Part shown: piece by piece, positions 34,557-37,399 of the stretch
Layout of the letters: every line of letters begins with the position of its first letter
How positions within the stretch are numbered: the stretch's first letter is position 1
Assembly (NCBI GenBank): GCA_036277435.1
Contig: DASUMY010000055.1
Coordinates: 1 to 37,399, forward strand
DNA from: Sulfuricurvum sp.
Lineage (GTDB): Bacteria > Campylobacterota > Campylobacteria > Campylobacterales > Sulfurimonadaceae
Direction: 5' to 3'
Length of the DNA: 37,399 bases
Program-made: the position numbers and the translations under genes
Notes under the pieces: model-generated
Database searches by the model: none
The model's input: the letters and a program-made list of their open reading frames with translations, nothing else
What the model was told of the DNA's origin: nothing

Positions 34557-37399
34557 ATGTATTTAGAAAGTAGAAGAACATTTTTAAAAGGTGCTGCATT
34601 TACCGTTGCGGGTGCCGCGATTGCAAAGGGCGTTTTTTCAACGGATGCCATTGCTGAATCTGTAGAGAACAGCAAATTTACCAATACGCCGGATACTCTT
34701 TCCTTTTATCCTCCTTTGGACCAATGGGAAGGCTTTCAAGAGCTTGATGGAACCGACTGGAAACGTGGCGGTATTGACCGTCACGGTGTACAAAGCGAAG
34801 AAAATCCGGATGGCATCAAAGTAAATGATTTTATGATCATTCCGACGGCATGTTCAAACTGTGAAGCCTCGTGTGGATTGACGGCATGGGTTGATAAAAA
34901 AACGATGACGGTTAAAAAATACATGGGTAATCCATTGCATCCGGGTTCACGCGGACGCAACTGTGCAAAAGGGTATGCAGTTCAATCCCAAATGTATGAT
35001 CCGGATCGTATTCCGTTCCCACTAAAACGTGCCCCTGGCTCAAAACGTGGTGAAGGTAAATGGATTCGTACCACATGGGATGAGGCGATGAGCACCATCG
35101 GTAAAAAAATGGCTGATACAATTCGCAAAGGGGATGACCTTTCTCGTAAATCGGTCATGTACCATGTCGGCCGTCCGAATGAAAATGGATTTGTTCCTCA
35201 AGTATGGGAAACACTTGGGCTTGATTCGTACAACTCTCATACGAATATCTGTTCATCAAACGGACGTACACCGACGATTTGGACGGCAAATGATGACCGT
35301 ACGAGTCCCGACTGGGCGAATGCGAAACTGATTTTCCTGAACTCGTCACACGCAGCGGATGCTGGTCACTACTTCCAACAATCAGCAAGTTTTATTGCTG
35401 ATGCCCGTAAAAAGGGTGCAAAGATGGTTGTTATGGATCCGCGTATGTCCAACTCTGCGGGGATGTCAGATCTATGGATCGCGGCATGGCCGGGAACAGA
35501 GGCAGCGATTTACCTTTATTTGGCGAACCGTATTCTAAATGAAAATATGACCGATAAAAAATTTGTTAAAAAATGGTTCAACTGGGAAACCTTGATGAAC
35601 GATACGGAACATTTGAATTTTATGGTTGAAAAAGGGTATATCTCTAAACTTCCGGAAGGGCGAGATTTTGAGAGTTACATTGAACTCTTAAAAGAGATGT
35701 ATGCTCCGTATACACTTGAATATGCAGTAAAAGAAACGCATGTTCCTGCCTATAAACTTGAGAAATTATACGAGATGTTTATCTGGGCTGGAGATTCAAT
35801 CTCTACGTATATCTGGCGTGCAGCGGCTGCGGGTAATCGTGGTGCATGGATGGGTGGACGTGCAGCGTATTTCTGTATTGGTCTTCGCGGTGCTATCGGT
35901 ACGGAGGGGGGAACATTCTTCCACCACTGGCACGTTATTTCGGTATCCGGTAAAGGGGGAAGTTCTACCGTTGGACAAGGTACGTCTGGTTCTGATGTAC
36001 CAAAAGTAAAAGTGTGGAATGAGCTTACTTGGCCTCCAGAATGGCCTTTGTCAACGTATGAAATGTCCTATTTGTTGCCGCATCTTTTGAGTGATACAGA
36101 ATGGCAGAAAAAATGGAACGACCGCGGATTGCAAGTTCCAAGCAAACTATCGGTATATATTCCTCGTATGTACAATCCGGTTTGGATTAATCCGGATGGT
36201 TTCCGCTGGATTGAAGTATTGAAAAACGAGAAGATCATGGAGCTTACGATGAATCTCTCGCCTGTATGGTCAGAGACAAACTGGTACATGGACTATGTCC
36301 TTCCGGTAGGACTTGCGGGTGAGCGTCATGACCAGCACTCTGAAGCAACGTTCCCGGCGCGCTGGACATCATTCCGTCAGCCGGTATTACGCGTAGCACT
36401 TGAAAAATCAGGGTGGAAAGCTAAAAACCCTAACCGTGCAACACTAGAAGCCCATATCAAATCGGGTCTTGGCGAAGTGTGGGAAGAAAATGAATTCTGG
36501 TTTGATTTATGTGTGAACTATATCGATCCGGATGGAACTCTCGGCATCAAAAAAATGTGGGAATCGAAACGTCATCCAGGTAAACCGGTAACGATCGCAG
36601 AGTGGTATGATGCAGCATTTGGCGATAACTTGCCAAAACTTAAAGAGACGGCAACGAATGATCCTCGTTATATGAAAGAGGAGTTCCCGGTTTATGCCTA
36701 TTTACGCGATCACGGCGCATGGATGGAAGAAGATAAAATCTACCATGCGATGGAGCGTGAGCTGAAAATGGAAGGCGGTGAAGTGATTTCACACGGCCAT
36801 AAATTTGATGCCGGTTCTATGAGTGTTGGTGCAGGCGGGGTTATCACTGCCGTCGATCATAAAGGCAAAGAGACAAAAATCGGTATCGAAATTGATGGCA
36901 AAAAAATGGAAGGGTTCGCAACCTTAACCAAAAAACTTGAGTTCTATACCCAATGGGCTACAGATTGGAAGTGGAGAGAGTACGCTATGCCGTTCTATCC
37001 GCGTAATGATAAAGAGAAAGCGGAGATGGTCCACATCGTATCACACGTCAATCACATGTATATGAAAGAGGAAAATTCGTTTGCGTTGAACACTGTTTTC
37101 CGTTTGCCGTATAATATTCATACTCGTTCAGCAAACTCGAAGCATTTGATGGAGATCAGTCAAAACCATGATCCGATCTGGATTTCGACTAAAGATGCAC
37201 AAAAACTTGGATTTAAACGGGGTGATGCTAAGCGTCTTGGATTCAAGCGCGGCGATGCAATGCGTGTTAAAATCGTTGATACGGTATCTGGGCTAGAGAG
37301 CGGACACTTTGTTGCTATGGCAGTTCCTACAGAGGGTGTATTGCCGGGTACCTTGGCATGTTCACACCACGGAGGACGCTGGAAATTGACCAATGCGGT
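34557..37399 (+). CDS. Tat-exported DMSO-reductase-family molybdopterin catalytic subunit (3'-truncated; absent from ORF track)
   Basis: Read by hand: GAGG SD, MYLESRRTFLKGAA, CSNCEASC...RNCAKG Fe-S motif, YDPDRIPFPLKR, TWDEA, SHTNICS, VVMDPR, domain IV HTRS. The start and the C-terminal motifs are in the same frame. Confidence 0.92.
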   Translation, partial: MYLESRRTFLKGAAFTVAGAAIAKGVFSTDAIAESVENSKFTNTPDTLSFYPPLDQWEGFQELDGTDWKRGGIDRHGVQSEENPDGIKVNDFMIIPTACSNCEASCGLTAWVDKKTMTVKKYMGNPLHPGSRGRNCAKGYAVQSQMYDPDRIPFPLKRAPGSKRGEGKWIRTTWDEAMSTIGKKMADTIRKGDDLSRKSVMYHVGRPNENGFVPQVWETLGLDSYNSHTNICSSNGRTPTIWTANDDRTSPDWANAKLIFLNSSHAADAGHYFQQSASFIADARKKGAKMVVMDPRMSNSAGMSDLWIAAWPGTEAAIYLYLANRILNENMTDKKFVKKWFNWETLMNDTEHLNFMVEKGYISKLPEGRDFESYIELLKEMYAPYTLEYAVKETHVPAYKLEKLYEMFIWAGDSISTYIWRAAAAGNRGAWMGGRAAYFCIGLRGAIGTEGGTFFHHWHVISVSGKGGSSTVGQGTSGSDVPKVKVWNELTWPPEWPLSTYEMSYLLPHLLSDTEWQKKWNDRGLQVPSKLSVYIPRMYNPVWINPDGFRWIEVLKNEKIMELTMNLSPVWSETNWYMDYVLPVGLAGERHDQHSEATFPARWTSFRQPVLRVALEKSGWKAKNPNRATLEAHIKSGLGEVWEENEFWFDLCVNYIDPDGTLGIKKMWESKRHPGKPVTIAEWYDAAFGDNLPKLKETATNDPRYMKEEFPVYAYLRDHGAWMEEDKIYHAMERELKMEGGEVISHGHKFDAGSMSVGAGGVITAVDHKGKETKIGIEIDGKKMEGFATLTKKLEFYTQWATDWKWREYAMPFYPRNDKEKAEMVHIVSHVNHMYMKEENSFALNTVFRLPYNIHTRSANSKHLMEISQNHDPIWISTKDAQKLGFKRGDAKRLGFKRGDAMRVKIVDTVSGLESGHFVAMAVPTEGVLPGTLACSHHGGRWKLTNA

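Noticed and set aside
34546-37399. Apparent 2.8-kb gene-poor region with only short ORFs
   Set aside because: It is one long plus-strand CDS with no stop in the window; the short ORFs are shadows.
1-37399. CRISPR arrays, IS elements, prophage, tRNA or rRNA genes
   Set aside because: No spaced repeat arrays, transposase or integrase motifs, or cloverleaf/rRNA signatures were seen.

Overview
Core chromosomal region of a Campylobacterota bacterium, most likely a sulfur-oxidising Sulfuricurvum/Sulfurimonas-like chemolithotroph. This is inferred from hobA, the extended FolP, the queA-tatC-tatB-hemW / rppH-lysC-hobA-holB-folP block, TGnTAnAAT promoters and the sulfur molybdoenzymes. In order the window holds: partial dprA; periplasmic sulfite dehydrogenase sorAB; the housekeeping block; a cation:proton antiporter; motAB; cyclophilin and msrB; a poorly explained minus-strand cluster at 13.6-17.6 kb (degenerate NERD-nuclease/SF1-helicase fusion, HU with a structured leader, a 77-aa orphan, an XRE-HTH gene behind an AT-rich IR-flanked spacer, an HTH/coiled-coil protein and a stand-alone non-canonical class III nucleotidyl cyclase); pyk; cmoA; nth; two tandem soluble hybrid histidine kinases; PEB4-like PPIase; fbaA; an M23 peptidase; a heme-c chemoreceptor; aroK; a thioredoxin-fold protein; hisD; and a B-C-A ordered DMSO-reductase-family operon. 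The catalytic subunit of that operon (from 34557, off the window end) is missing from the ORF track and carries an in-frame 10-aa duplication. No IS, prophage, CRISPR, tRNA or rRNA was recognised. All family calls come from motif recognition by eye, not from database searches.
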